This document shows positions 1-12,639 of a stretch of DNA of 64,000 nt, in pieces. The DNA comes from Takakia lepidozioides. Lineage: Eukaryota > Plantae > Bryophyta. Below the pieces are notes generated by a model. It saw nothing but the letters and a program-made list of their open reading frames with translations, was not told the DNA's origin and did no database searches. The stretch lies in the NCBI GenBank assembly GCA_030704615.1, contig CM060734.1, positions 21,638,001 through 21,702,000 on the forward strand, read 5' to 3'. The number at the start of each line of letters is the position of its first letter. Position 1 is the first letter of the stretch. The position numbers were made by a program, and so were the translations under genes.

Positions 1-1052
1 GGCTCACTAAATTTTTCCACTGCAGAGGGGTCAACTCTGAGGTCAAGAAAACCATGCTTTGTCGCGTTATTAGACCTGCCTTGGAGTACGGATCTGCTAT
101 ATGGGTTGATAACTCCAACCAGGCTAAGTCTCTAGAATCCATTCAAGTGGGGGTGCTTAAGGAGTGTATGTCAGCATGCTCCAAAACAGCCAATGTGGCT
201 GTTCGGGGTGAGTTTGGCATTCCGTCCCTAAGCTCCCGACGAGATGAATTCAAGGTCAGATGGTGGGGTCAGCTGCAACATATGCCCAACACCAGATATC
301 CTAAGTTAATCGACTCTATATCTTGGAAACAGGACCGCCCTGTCAAACAGGCTAAGTCCTGGCAGAAGAGAGTAGAAGAGATCCTCAAGGACCTGGACCT
401 GGATCCGCAAGTCTTGACCCTGCTGGATAAATCTGACTTAGAGGCTGTAGTGTCCTCAGCCATGTCTGTTGCCATGAGATTGTCTGATGAAAATGAAGTT
501 AGGCAGAAAACTTCCCTGAACTTGTTTCCAGTCTGTGACGTGGGGGAGGACATCTTGGATGACCTCAAGGGTCTACCCACTCTCGGCACTAGACTGAAAT
601 TTAAACTCAGGGCAGGAAGCCTACCTTTGAACAGCAAACAGAAGCAGAGAGGAAAGGGAGAGTGCAATTGCCCGTTGTGTGGGGAAGACAGTATTCATTT
701 TCTGATACACTGTCCGGGGTTCTCTCGCCAAAGAGACGCTCTCTTCAAATCTATTAAGGGAATTGTGCCTGTACCCCTGTTTGCCAACTTTGAAAGTCTC
801 GAGGCTGAGCCAAAAGCCCAGGCCCTCCTGAGGCCTAGTTTTTGGGCAAATCACACACAGCAGATTGATGCTTGTGTGAAGGGATTTCTAGAGGATATCT
901 GGAAAACCCAGATTAATTCTTTATATGGAGGTAAGTCTTACTACCAACGTCAGCCCCTGACAGAGGTAGGTTCTGTCCCTTTTGTTCCCGCTCAAACTGG
1001 GCGCGGGGTCAATGGCCACAAGGCTACGGCAAACAACGTCTTATGAGTACAA
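1..1052 (+). mobile_element. Non-LTR retrotransposon (RTEX/RTE-like LINE) copy 1, 3' part, running off the window start; lies in an intron of the Kir gene
   Basis: ORF 54-1046 is the C-terminus of the LINE ORF (CCHC CNCPLCG..HFLIHC). Near-identical to 5357-6412, 44662-45685 and 62608-63600; ends ...GTCTTATGAGTACAA. Confidence 0.93.
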
Positions 1053-1215
1053 TCTGTAGTGATGTTAAGACCTCACAACATGCTGCAGAAGGTTTAGATT
1101 GTGTAGACCATGTTCTCTAAGGAGGGAAGTCTCCACAAACCTTTACTGAGTTCATCTGTATCTCTCCCATCATTGTGACCAAGTCATTGGGACTAACTGG
1201 TAGTTGGTTGAACAG

Positions 1216-4200
1216 GTTATGGTGGAGAACTGACACCGGATCCAAGCTGCTTGATGACAAATGTGATGGTCCTTGTACAGTCGCTGGCAAGTCTTCTTGT
1301 TGCTTACGCTCTTCTCGGTGTCTTCTATGTGAGGTTAGTCCGTGGTCATTTCCAACTGAGACATAGGGCTGTTTCTTCTGACTCGGGAGTATGGGATGGA
1401 TCTAAACCCATTGGTGAGCTCTGTGGACAAGAAATACAGTTTGACCACTGGAGGACCAAAGTTCCCGTGGGACCACAAGAAATTTCAAGATATTTCCAAA
1501 ACCAAAACAAAACTTACACTGATGGACCCGGTTAGGGCCTGCCTAACTATGCCTGGAGATGGACTGCCTTGTACAGGTGTATGCTGCTAAGCGTTTCTGG
1601 TCTTCATACCTGAAGGACTCAGACAGAGGGATCAGCAGTCTCTGAAAACACAGTAACACCTCCCTTTGATATTGTATGTATTGGGGAGGAGAAAAGAAAT
1701 GGCGTTCTGTCTTCACCCCATGTTCCATACTGGACAGGTCCATCGTCTCGAGATAGTACATCCTATGTGCCTTTCTCTATCTGTAGAATTGTGGACCAAC
1801 TCTGAAACTGCCCGAAGAAGCCTGGTAGAACACGGAAACTGTGATAGGCTAGATGCAACTGGGGGGTCCAATGGAAAATTTACCTCTCAAAATAAATTAT
1901 GCATATTAGTGATCTTGTTTGTCCATTTATAGACAGTGAAGCCGATAATTTACCTTGCTCAATAAAGGTGGCGCAAGCTCTCTGCATGCTCTTTGGTGAC
2001 TTGGGGTAGAACTGACTGATTGATGGTAGTGCCAGTAAAGTCAGTTTCAAGATTCCAGTCATGGTATAGAAAGCAAAAGCTAGAAATGACCTTTTTGTGA
2101 ACCCAATAGTTCAAAGTATATGTTGAAGTGAGGTTCTGATTATCTGTGGCAGATTCTCTCGCCCGGCACGACGGGCACAGACCCTGATTTTCAGCAGATT
2201 TGTGGTCTGGCATGAGGTGCTTTGAATCAACTTTGGATACAATTGATGTCTTTTTGCTCAGTCATTTATAGTTTCTGCCTTGAGTGGATTGATTGGTGCT
2301 TCATAGAGCGTGGTGCTATCATGCCTCACCCTCACGGTACAGCTGTTGAAGCATCCCGTTATTGAGGAAGCTTTCATTTCCCTCAACACACCCTGAAGAA
2401 AGGATAGTTTCAAGCCTACGAGGTTCACGACAATGCTTGACCGTGCTCACATCAGAGGAAACTTTTGTACTTTTATTTTGGTAGACATTCATGGCTCGTA
2501 TTCAGTTTGTGTCTACTCATAAGTATTTGGATTGAGGCTGGACACTATCCACAGGTGACCATCGCAAAGGAGGTTGTGCATCTATATAATCATGACTCTT
2601 GATGTTGGGACCTTCTCTTATGCAGGAGGATGGAGTCCCCATCATTGCTTTCCGAATTGCAAATATCCGAAAACATCAGATCATTGAGGTGGGCATGGCT
2701 GGCTGGTGGTAGTTGGTCTGCATTGTGTCAGTTGTCCGTATGCTTTTGTCACTGATCGCATCGATGACGGGTTGATATGAGACCATACGGTCTTGTTTGT
2801 TTTTTACATCAATTGTGCCAGACTTTCTGTATGTGCTAATGTGGGAATCTCTAGCAAAAGCAGTTCTGAAGTTTTTGATTATGGCCGGAAAGATGTACTG
2901 CTGTGGACAAGAACCTCAATTTTGACACTGGAAGGTTTGGCTGTTGGGTGGCAGGCTAGTGTGCGGTTGCTTGTGGGGCTCAACAATACCTTGAGTGATG
3001 AGGACGAAAGCATGTTTCATTTCACTTCCCTTCCGGTCTGTATTCACATGTTCTCTGACATGCCGAGACAATTCTGGGCATAAGTGTTGTGCTGTTTATT
3101 GATCATAGTTGTCTTTTTACACCCATTTCAATCACAACGACTACTCACCACTGCCCTAACCACCAATCTGTCTCTGCCTCAACATGATAGAGAGTGGTGA
3201 ACTATGGCACAGGTGATTGGAGGGAGCCAGGTATTTTTGGGGCTCCCGTGTACAGTGAAGCACCCCGTCACCTCTACCAGCCCCCTGTATGGTTTGACCA
3301 TTGAGGTATGTTGGTTTCCCCTCTCTTGATAGTCAAAGATGTTTTTGAAGGTGCTTTATATAGGTGCATCATAAATAAGAAATCTCTTCAAGCCAAACAA
3401 AGGAAAGAGAGCCAAATCTACAATTCGAAGAAGCTGGAAGGCCCCAACACACAAGCATGGCAAATAACTACGGAAAAGCAAACTGTAAAACCACAGATCA
3501 AAGATGTACCCAAGCAGTGAGAAAAGTTGGACTGTCCCATGCGAGTGAGCTGTTAGGCACATCTGTTCCTAGATAAAGGTCTTGTAGAGAGAAGAAGATG
3601 GCCCGCAGCTGATCTCTTCTGGTTGTGTACGGTTATGTCTTGGGACCTGTGCCACCTCAAATATTCTGCTTGCACTCCCAACTTATCCTTTCTGTTTTTG
3701 TGTGGTTTTGAAGGAGGGGAAAGCTGATGTGGTTGTCTTTTGGAACAGGATCTTGAGGAAGCAGATATGGAAATTCTGGTGCTGTTGGAGGGTGTCGACG
3801 CTTCAACATCCAGCAAGCTTCAGGGTCTGTTTAGAGAACTTCCCGTGATTGTTCAGCTTGAGAATCACTTGGGTTGCAAGTATGGAGATGGTGGTTTTGG
3901 AAGTATCTTTTGGTAAATAGGATTTGTTTTAACTGGATAGAACACATTATATAAGGGGGAACCCATGTAGAATGTCGAGCACATGGGAGAGAGCCATGAA
4001 GTCACCTTAGCAATCAAATTCAGCACTAATGTGCCAATTCCATGCATGGTATGTGGACCTTTCTCACAAGCACTGTTGTCATAACAGACGTTTGTCCTGT
4101 TTTAATGTTGTTAGACTTTCAGTAGCGACTGCTGGTGTTGATCTTGCACTGATGATGTTTGAAATTGCCAGCACGACACTCGTATCAGCCGTCAGATGTC

Positions 4201-7200
4201 CAACAAAACTATCGTTTTGAGTATGGGTCTCTTCCCTATTTCAATGTAGGCTTCTTTCTCAACAGTTGGTAGAAGTCTCGTTATGCTTCTTCTGGTAATT
4301 GCCCTTGTCAGCTATTAGGTGCACCCTCATGGGAAATTAAAGTGAAAAGTGAGTGCTGAAACAGTGATCAATGAGGATGTCAAGACCTGGGGAATTTCTA
4401 ACGTCAATACTCTAATGGTTGTCAACGAGCTTATCAAGCACGGTGGCGATCCCATGATAGAGGCCCTAGTTCTCCTCTTTAACCTTATCTGGAAGACTGA
4501 AATGATCCCCTTTCGCTGGCGACAGGGGGTCATTGTCAATCTATACAAGAAGGGTGACAGAGAAGAACCGGGGAACTACCGTGGCATCACGCTCCTCAAT
4601 GCTGTTGGCAAGACATTCTGCAGAGTTATAAGTACTCGTCTCGAGGTTGATCTGGAGTCTAGAGGTTGTTTCCACGAAGGCCAAGCTGGCTTTCGGCGAA
4701 ACAGGGGCTGTGTGGATCATATCTTCACTCTAAGCCAGATTATCCAGGGAAGGAAAAAAGAAGGGAAACCCACTTATGTCTTTTTCCTGGATGTCAAAAA
4801 GGCTTACGACACAGTGTGGAGAGATGGCCTATGGTTCCGCCTCTGGTCTTGTGGATCAAGGGAAAGATGTGGAGAGTTGTCCACAACTTGTATGCTCACA
4901 CCAAAAGCTGTGTCACTGTTAACGGACAGACGTCCAACTTCTTTGACATAGACCAAGGTGTAGCTCAAGGATGTACTCTCTCCCCTCTGCTCTTCAATGT
5001 TTTCATCAATCAACTCCTCGAGGATGTGGAAAGTGAGGGATTTGGGTTAAGGGTGGGTGATACCACCATACCAGCCCTTATGTTTGCGGATGACTTCGCA
5101 GGCATAGGGGAGACTCCAACCAATTGCGCGAAGAGATACTTTGATCTTTGGGGGCTAGATGCTAATGTCAGCAAATGTGCAGTGGTAGCATTCAACGACA
5201 GAGGAGAGGGAGGAAGTGATCTTAAGTGGCAGTGGGGTAGCCAAGAGATCCCGGTCCTCCCTTCCTACATTACCTGGGCGTTGAGTTCTCCTCCAATTGT
5301 AATTGGGATGCACATATCCGGAAAGTTGTTTAAACTGGCAAGGCAAAGCTCTGGGGCTCACTAAATTTTTCCACTGCAGAGGGGTCAACTCTGAGGTCAA
5401 GAAAACCATGCTTTGTCGCGTTATTAGACCTGCCTTGGAGTACGGATCTGCTATATGGGTTGATAACTCCAACCAGGCTAAGTCTCTAGAATCCATTCAA
5501 GTGGGGGTGCTTAAGGAGTGTATGTCAGCATGCTCCAAAACAGCCAATGTGGCTGTTCGGGGTGAGTTTGGCATTCCGTCCCTAAGCTCCCGACGAGATG
5601 AATTCAAGGTCAGATGGTGGGGTCAGCTGCAACATATGCCCAACACCAGATATCCTAAGTTAATTGACTCTATATCTTGGAAACAGGACCGCCCTGTCAA
5701 ACAGGCTAAGTCCTGGCAGAAGAGAGTAGAAGAGATCCTCAAGGACCTGGACCTGGATCCGCAAGTCTTGACCCTGCTGGATAAATCTGACTTAGAGGCT
5801 GTAGTGTCCTCAGCCATGTCTGTTGCCGTGAGATTGTCTGATGAAAATGAAGTTAGGCAGAAAACTTCCCTGAACTTGTTTCCAGTCTGTGACGTGGGGG
5901 AGGACATCTTGGATGACCTCAAGGGTCTACCCACTCTCGGCACTAGACTGAAATTTAAACTCAGGGCAGGAAGCCTACCTTTGAACAGCAAACAGAAGCA
6001 GAGAGGAAAGGGAGAGTGCAATTGCCCGTTGTGTGGGCAATCTGAAGACAGTATTCATTTTCTGATACACTGTCCGGGGTTCTCTCACCAAAGAGACGCT
6101 CTCTTCAAATCTATTAAGGGAATTGTGCCTGTACCCCTGTTTGCCAACTTTGAAAGTCTCGAGGCTGAGCCAAAAGCCCAGGCCCTCCTGAGGCCTAGTT
6201 TTTGGGCAAATCACACACAGCAGATTGATGCTTGTGTGAAGGGATTTCTAGAGGATATCTGGAAAACCCGGATTAATTCTTTATATGGAGGTAAGTCTTA
6301 CTACCAACGTCAGCCCCTGACAGAGGTAGGTTCTGTCCCTTTTGTTCCCACTCAAACTGGGCGCGGGGTCAATGGCCACAAGGCTACGGCAAACAACGTC
6401 TTATGAGTACAATCTAATGGTTGTATAATACAGTTTAAAGGGGTTCCCAGTTACAGCCGTAGTGACCATCTGGAGTTCTTTGCCTCCATACTGAGATAAC
6501 TGCTGAACAATGGGGTCTTTCTGTCGAGTTTGTTTTCAAGTATCTTCGCTTCTGAAGCAAGCTTGCATATGACAGTGTGGCAGATATCAAGTCCTGTGGC
6601 AGTGTGACTGACACCATATTTTGACTTGTTGTTCCTCTTGGCCTTGACTTACTTGAGGTTGCCATGTACTGGGAGTCCTTCGCAGTAGTTTTTGACGTAT
6701 GGCTTGTGGGTGCAGGACAATGGTCATACGGATGCCAAGTGGACGGCGCTGTGTGGTGGGTCACTGTTACCACAGGACCTTATTTGATATTGAGGGGACC
6801 TGTTTTTAAGCTATCATTCATAGGAGTCGCATTTTTGTCAGTCTTGGCATCATCTCCTTTATTACAGTAACCTTGTACAGACGTTCTACTCACAGCTGAA
6901 ATTCTATTGTCACAGGATTTCACAAAGTTTGACTCGCTATTACCAGTTACATCTGTTTTGGTGACAAAGCCACTAACTCCCCATGCATCCACTGCTACAT
7001 TGCCACTGTTTCCTTATGGTGCCCTATTTGGCACCTCCGAGCGCGCAGAAGACCTGCAAGAAGAGTCAGAAAGAGGCTCAGAAATCGATAGCCTTGGATC
7101 AAGCCCACCTCCAACTCCAACTCCAAGAAGTTTACCAGGAACTACTTCCATGTATGCCCTTAAGATACCTGATACTCGCAGGAGAACTCTCAGTGGCACC

Positions 7201-7977
7201 TCTCCACGAACAGTTCGATTTGACCATGGACGGGACTCTTCTTTCGATCAGCATATCTCTCAGAGCATGCCCGAGATGCATGAAACGGTCGATGACTTCT
7301 CTCTTGCAGCACAGGAGGCAAGAGAACAGGCAATTGAACACAAGGTGCTCACATCCTTTACCTCTTCCAAATGAAATAACTCATATTCATTGACTCGTAG
7401 AGATTCCTCTAAACCCCATCGTTCATGAGTTCCGGTTCGTAGTGTGGGTATCATACATTCAATGGGTAATAGTGCCTCTGCTCCGTACACCAGTTGAAAT
7501 GGTGTATGTTTCGTGGTCACCTTCAGATGCTGCACAAAGAAAGGTATGAGTCTTCTTCACTTGCAGCTTTTGTTTTTCGGACGCTTCAAAACTAAGAAGC
7601 ATGACACAGAGTGAGAAGGTGGGGAAGATTGAAGCCCTGATTACTCCTCCATTAGGGGTTTAGTGGACACTCACACTCATACTCACATATCAGAGGGTTT
7701 GGGATTGGGGTCAGATTTGCAGTTACCTGTCCATCTGGGTCAACAGTTCAGCCCTTTTTGTTCCTGTGTTCGTTGCTCTGGCTGGTCAGAACTGATGGGA
7801 AGTGGGAGGTTGGTGCAGCTTGCTGTAGCGGAGGCAAGGGCGCAAGCATGGAAGCAGATGGTGGTGGATCGTGTGCTTCAAACACTGCAGCAGCCTTTGA
7901 CTGCAGCTGATGCTGATAGAGGGCCTCTCCTTGCCTCTGCACGACAAGCCCTTTCCATGTCATTGTCTACTTCTTAG
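1216..7977 (+). CDS. Inward-rectifier potassium channel (Kir/IRK family), multi-exon; 5' exons lie outside the window
   Basis: Phase-consistent GT-AG exons 1216-1333 (GYGGELTPDPSCLMTNVMVLVQSLASLLVAYALLGVFYVR), 2153-2216 (FSRPARRAQTLIFS), 2626-2688 (EDGVPIIAFRIANIRKHQIIE), 2955-3035, 3213-3305 (HPVTSTSPLYG), 3749-3824 (EILVLLEGVDAST), 4172-4220 (ARHSYQPSDV), 6716-6755 and 6916-~7344 (DFTKFD), plus a probable last exon ending 7977. GYG filter, TM2 and IRK cytoplasmic motifs occur in order. The C-terminal exon structure is uncertain. Confidence 0.85.
4423..6412 (+). mobile_element. RTEX-like LINE copy 2, 5'-truncated, frameshifted RT plus CCHC
   Basis: RT motifs (KKGDREEPGNYRGITLL, QAGFR, FLDVKKAYDTV, QGCTLSPLLF, FADD). 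12-bp TSD TCTAATGGTTGT at 4411-4422 and 6413-6424. Lies in a Kir intron. Confidence 0.95.
7359..7523 (-). mobile_element. Short Ty3/gypsy integrase C-terminal fragment inside the Kir gene
   Basis: Translates to KVTTKHTPFQLVYGAEALLPIECMIPTLR; bounded by CCTT at 7355-7358 and 7520-7523. Confidence 0.75.
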
Positions 7978-8750
7978 GTCCTCTCCTTAGGTTGATTCAC
8001 TAGTTCCAGAGTAACAGGTCTTTCACAGCCAAATAATGAGGGAATCTGACAAAGGTTCATAGATTCTCCAAGTAGGGATTTAAGTGAGCTAGTTGCAGCT
8101 CATTGTATAATATGGGCATACTGCATGCAACATTCGACGTCCTTCACTGTTTAAACCATTATAACCTCCAAGGAGAACTTTGAGTGGGTAGTTTCTGCAG
8201 CGCAAGAGGGATTCTCATTGCCCCATGTCTCTGGAATGTGGGAGCTATGCATGTACTGTAGGTCTAGCAGTTCTAGAACCATCCATATTAGGGCAGCCTC
8301 AGATTTACTAATGCAGTCAATACTCAATCTATCTCTAGCAAATTCTATTTAAGGACATTTTCTAATGGAAGCTCTTGCAAGTGTTGTGCACATGGTGTTA
8401 GCTGGGCCTGATCCTGGCAATGACATTCTGCCCATCCATAAACAATCTACGCCTCTCATTTTAAGATAATAGTGTCTTCAATGCACACCTATGGGCCCGG
8501 CCGGCCCATGGGGTGAGCTCATAAGCCCACCCCCCATTCACCGGGTCGGCCAGATTCTGAAATTTTTTTTAATCCTTGTTCATCTACCGCGGCGGACCTT
8601 CGAGCGGACTGGGCAGACTCTCTAGCAGACTGACTCCAACGGTTGTTGCTGACTCCAACCTTCGAGTGGATTGGCAACCCTCCGACAAAATATATATTTA
8701 ATAACACATATTATCGCCACAGTACCATCTGACAGGATTTGAACACCGAA

Positions 8751-8920
8751 TATATAGCCCAGTGGTAAGGGCATATACCCACTTACGTGGTTGTGGGTTC
8801 AAACCACCCTGTCGGTTGTTACAAAGGTGTCCACCTTTCTATCGGAAGGCAGTAGCCCTTTTGGGTCAAGTGACACCATAAGTTACGCTTGCTTCGGCAA
8901 CGCATTCACCTTTTTTTTTT
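8751..8920 (+). mobile_element. tRNA-derived SINE with poly(T) tail
   Basis: A box TAGCCCAGTGG (8755-8765), B box GGTTCAAACC (8796-8805), 3' hairpin and T-run. 13-bp TSD TTTGAACACCGAA at 8738-8750 and 8921-8933. Confidence 0.85.
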
Positions 8921-9922
8921 TTTGAACACCGAACCTTGAGCTTATTATTTGTTGCTCTTAACCACCACACTACCCGCTGTTTTTTACAAACTTTTGAAAT
9001 AACTGATGATTTATGTATATACTAGGGCTTCGCATTGCTCCGCATTACTAGCGACGAATTATGAGAACAATGTTCAATTGGTACAAAAAGGGGTGGGTCA
9101 TCCCCATGGTCTTACATCCATACATACATTCCGTGTTTCATTGTTTTTTGGAAGAAGAATGGCGGAGTGTTGCCGAAGCTATCATGTCACATCTCTGTAT
9201 TTCATTGTTTGATGCAACTACCTCTATCTATGCCCCAAGAAGTGAGGGGGAGTGTAACCCCCTTTTCTGTATTTCTGTACTTTTCCTCTATACTTCATTT
9301 CAAGATTCATTTGACCGGTGTAATTGATTCTGGCTCATTTTTTATACAACAAGCAGATTTGGATTTAGATTATGAATGTTGTTTATATGTATAGTCTTTT
9401 GTAGATTTTGTAGAGGATAAGAGGACCATTGACTCATCATCATTGTGAGAAATTCAGAATGGACATATATAGACAGTCTAATTTGAAAACTGAACAGAAT
9501 AAGTCCTCCATAAGGGAGGTATCGCTAACTTGTCACACTTTAAGGCACAATGGTGACCCATGCTGAAAACTGAGTCAAGGGCTTAGCATCAATTGTGCTG
9601 AGAAATCAGCCAGTGAGTCTAGATAACCCGCCACCTAATCGAGAAAAAAGAAGACATTCCAAGTCATTTTCTTATCCAAGCATATATCAACCATGATAGA
9701 TGAGACCTTTAGTTTTTGGATGGATAATAGACAAGGGCGCTTTTAAGGACATTGAGCTTCCTATCAAGAGAACCTCTTAACCGCAACAAGACATTGAGGA
9801 TATGAACCGTTCAAGCATTACACAAAATGAAAGAAAGAAAGAAACTGTATGATAACCACTGAAGCTTACAGAACAAGCCTGCATAACAGACCAACCAAAT
9901 GAGAACATGGGGCTGGAAGTAC

Positions 9923-10390
9923 CTGAAGCAGGATGCCCTTGCCCATCAATCCCTCCACAACAATGCCAGCTGTCAGTCCTAGCATTGCACATCCTTCGTT
10001 AATTGCTTCAATCTCACGGAGTCTCTGCATCCCACAACTTCATGATGAAAAGACACCAGTATCTGCCTTTCTCTCAAGGGTACCAAATACTTTTGTACTT
10101 TCTCCCTCTAGACATTATAAAGTTTCTTTCTTTCTTTCTCCTGACTCCTCAAGTTGCCCCCATGAAGTGGGACTGCATTATGCGCTCTGCAGATGTTGGC
10201 GCTATAATAACAGCTCAAAAGTTGTTGGAATTACAGATTTCAAAGTGCTGAGAGTACTTGGAATTTTGCACGGGCTTCTAGCAACCTCCATTCTTCAGCA
10301 GCCAAGCACTTTGCCTCCAAGGGGTCCACCATGTTAACCACTTTGGCTCTCTTCTTGATCCTCTCAATGTGCCATTTACTTTTCCTTGGA
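9923..10390 (-). pseudogene. SEP/one-helix LHC-like protein (SEP5-like) gene fragment, probably degenerate
   Basis: Exon ~10390-10258 (VVNMVDPLEAKCLAAEEW..KFQ) and exon 10024-9923 (RLREIEAINEGCAMLGLTAGIVVEGLMGKGILLQ), a degenerate LHC motif (ExxNGxxAM..GxGILxQ). No intact 5' exon found. Confidence 0.65.
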
Positions 10391-10549
10391 TTCCAAATAA
10401 ACCAGACCTTCTTTCATGAACATGTAACTGTCTAGTGTAGTATTGATTGCAGGCTGTTACAACTCAGTGGAATCCACTTTCTCTCATCTTGCGTTGAGGT
10501 CTTAATTCTAAGGAAATGCAAGTTCTGTCAAGGCATGATGGTCTGGCAT

Positions 10550-11050
10550 TTACTGTACCACCAGGGCAGTGTTCAAGATGACATCTGGTACAAATCCAGC
10601 TTTGACAATGTCACCATGGACCTCTTTCCCCTTTTCCAGAGCTCCCAGGCTTGCACACGCATTGCAAACACAAACAAATGTGATGTGGTTGGGCTTCACC
10701 CCTTTGCACATCATTTTCTCATAGGTCTCCAAAGCCTCCGTCCCGCACCCTTGTTGTGCATATCCTGCAATCATCACACTCCACGACACCACATCTCGTT
10801 CAGCCATGCTGTCGATGCACTCACAAATGACATACATGTCCAGGAGGGCAGTGTTCAGAATGACATCGGGTACAATTCCAGATTTGACGATGTTACCATG
10901 GATCTCTTTGCACCTTTCCAGGGCCAGGCTTGCACACGCATTGCAAATGCAAACAAACATTATGTGGTTGGGCTTCACCCCTTCACACATCATTTGCTCA
11001 TAGATCTCCAAAGCCTCCATCCCGCGCCCTTGTTGTGCATATCCTGCAAT
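10550..11050 (-). pseudogene. PLS-class PPR gene fragment, cut at 11051 by element A
   Basis: P/L/S motifs (VVSWSVMIAGYAQ, GVKPNHITFVCVCNACASLGALEKGKEVH, DVILNTAL) with internal deletions; similar to the gene at 59.6-61.7 kb. Confidence 0.85.
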
Positions 11051-12128
11051 GGGGGATGCTTCTGCGTGAGCGTAGGCAGGCTCACGCCGCGTCAGCAGTT
11101 ATTGCCACGTTGGTCTGATGCCACGTCAGCCGACTTCGCCAGCGTGCCCGACGCCACGTCACATCATGCCACGTCATTTTCATAGGCATGGTCCTATAAC
11201 CGCGGACCGAACAGACTAAAGGGGGCCTATAGCCGTGGATTGCGCATTCGGCAGACATGGAACCATGTGTGGGCGACGAGGCGAGGTGCAGAAGAGAGTT
11301 GAATGTTGCTGAATGTTGCTGAATGATAGTGTTTGTCGAGACTGAAATGGTTGTGGATGTATTAATGTCCAGGTCATCAGTCTACAATGGTGATCAGATG
11401 ATTTAATGTCATGCTAATGTGGTATTCTACGTTGTTGTCATCAGTCTAGAATGGTTGTAGATGAATTAATGAGGATGAAGCAGAGCCAATGTGGATGGGA
11501 CGCTGCGAATATGGATGAATGAGAATGAAAAGTTGTGGACGAATGTGGATGAAATATCGTGAATGGATGATAGAGTGGATGAATGTTGAGCGAGGATGTC
11601 ATTCTAACATTTATGAAAACCAAGCACAATGATCAATGTCGTTTGCACAAACATTAGAAATTGTGCCTAAAATCCCTCATGAAGCACATGATAAGATTTA
11701 ATGAATGTCTGGCATTTGGGGAAAGGTAGACAGATGACAGCAACGTAGAATAAGACAACACAACAGATGTGAGAGTGATATTTTATTCTGCGACTTTCTC
11801 CGAGTGCTTACTGCAACATTCTGGTGTGCAACACGCTCCTCTTTAGTTGTCCTCTTCAGCGTCGACACATTGTGAGCCATTTCAGCACTATACTTCCTGC
11901 AACGCACCACCTGACCACGCTAAACATGGTTTGGACTCCAATGCGTCTTGCTGCCCCTGCCAGCGAGGTAGAAATGTGCTCATGTGTCTTACGAGTGCAC
12001 TGCAACTTTCATGGTTTTTCATCAGGACCATTACACAACAACATACAAAATCAATTTGGCTCTCGTTTGTGCATGAGGAGGAATTCGGGGTCTTTCAACA
12101 TTGTGTAACAGAAATTGACGAATACGAC

Positions 12129-12375
12129 TGCCTTGTCTTCTTGTTTGACCCATAACCAATGTTAGGCATGAGGATCCCGCCTTTGAACTTGCGCTGAAAC
12201 CGAGAGTCCAATATACATCATCCACTAGGTGCACTGTCTTCTTGTTTGAACCATAACCAATGTTAGGCATCAGGATGCTGCCCTTGAACTTGCGCTAAAC
12301 CCGAGAGTCCACAAATCATCCCCTAGGTGCCTTGTCTTCTTGTTTGACCCATAACCAATGTTATGCATTAGGAGG
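12129..12375. repeat. ~100-bp tandem repeat, about 2.5 copies, inside element A
   Basis: TGTCTTCTTGTTTGA(C/A)CCATAACCAATGTTA recurs three times about 100 bp apart. Confidence 0.85.
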
Positions 12376-12639
12376 CTGTCCGATGCGATTGAGAGACTCA
12401 AACAAACAGCTGTTTACTATACATTACAATCAAAGCCTACAAGCCAGGATATAACTGTTCACTGTATGAAATGCATAGAAGCCACTGTTGTAAATGCATA
12501 CACGCCATGAAAATGAGAAATCATCTTTTAACGACATTACCATGAACAGGCACAAATTTTATTACAAAATTGTGGAGGGACACAAAATGTTTGAAACTCA
12601 CAACATCACGAGACCCCCAAAAATGATGAAATTGGCATT

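Noticed and set aside
269-667. Repeated 132-aa antisense ORF (also 5623-6021, 44899-45297, 62806-63321)
   Set aside because: It is a shadow of the LINE ORF and recurs only because the LINE copies are near-identical.
8751-8830. Functional tRNA gene
   Set aside because: No complete cloverleaf; the unrelated 3' body, T tail and TSD indicate a SINE.
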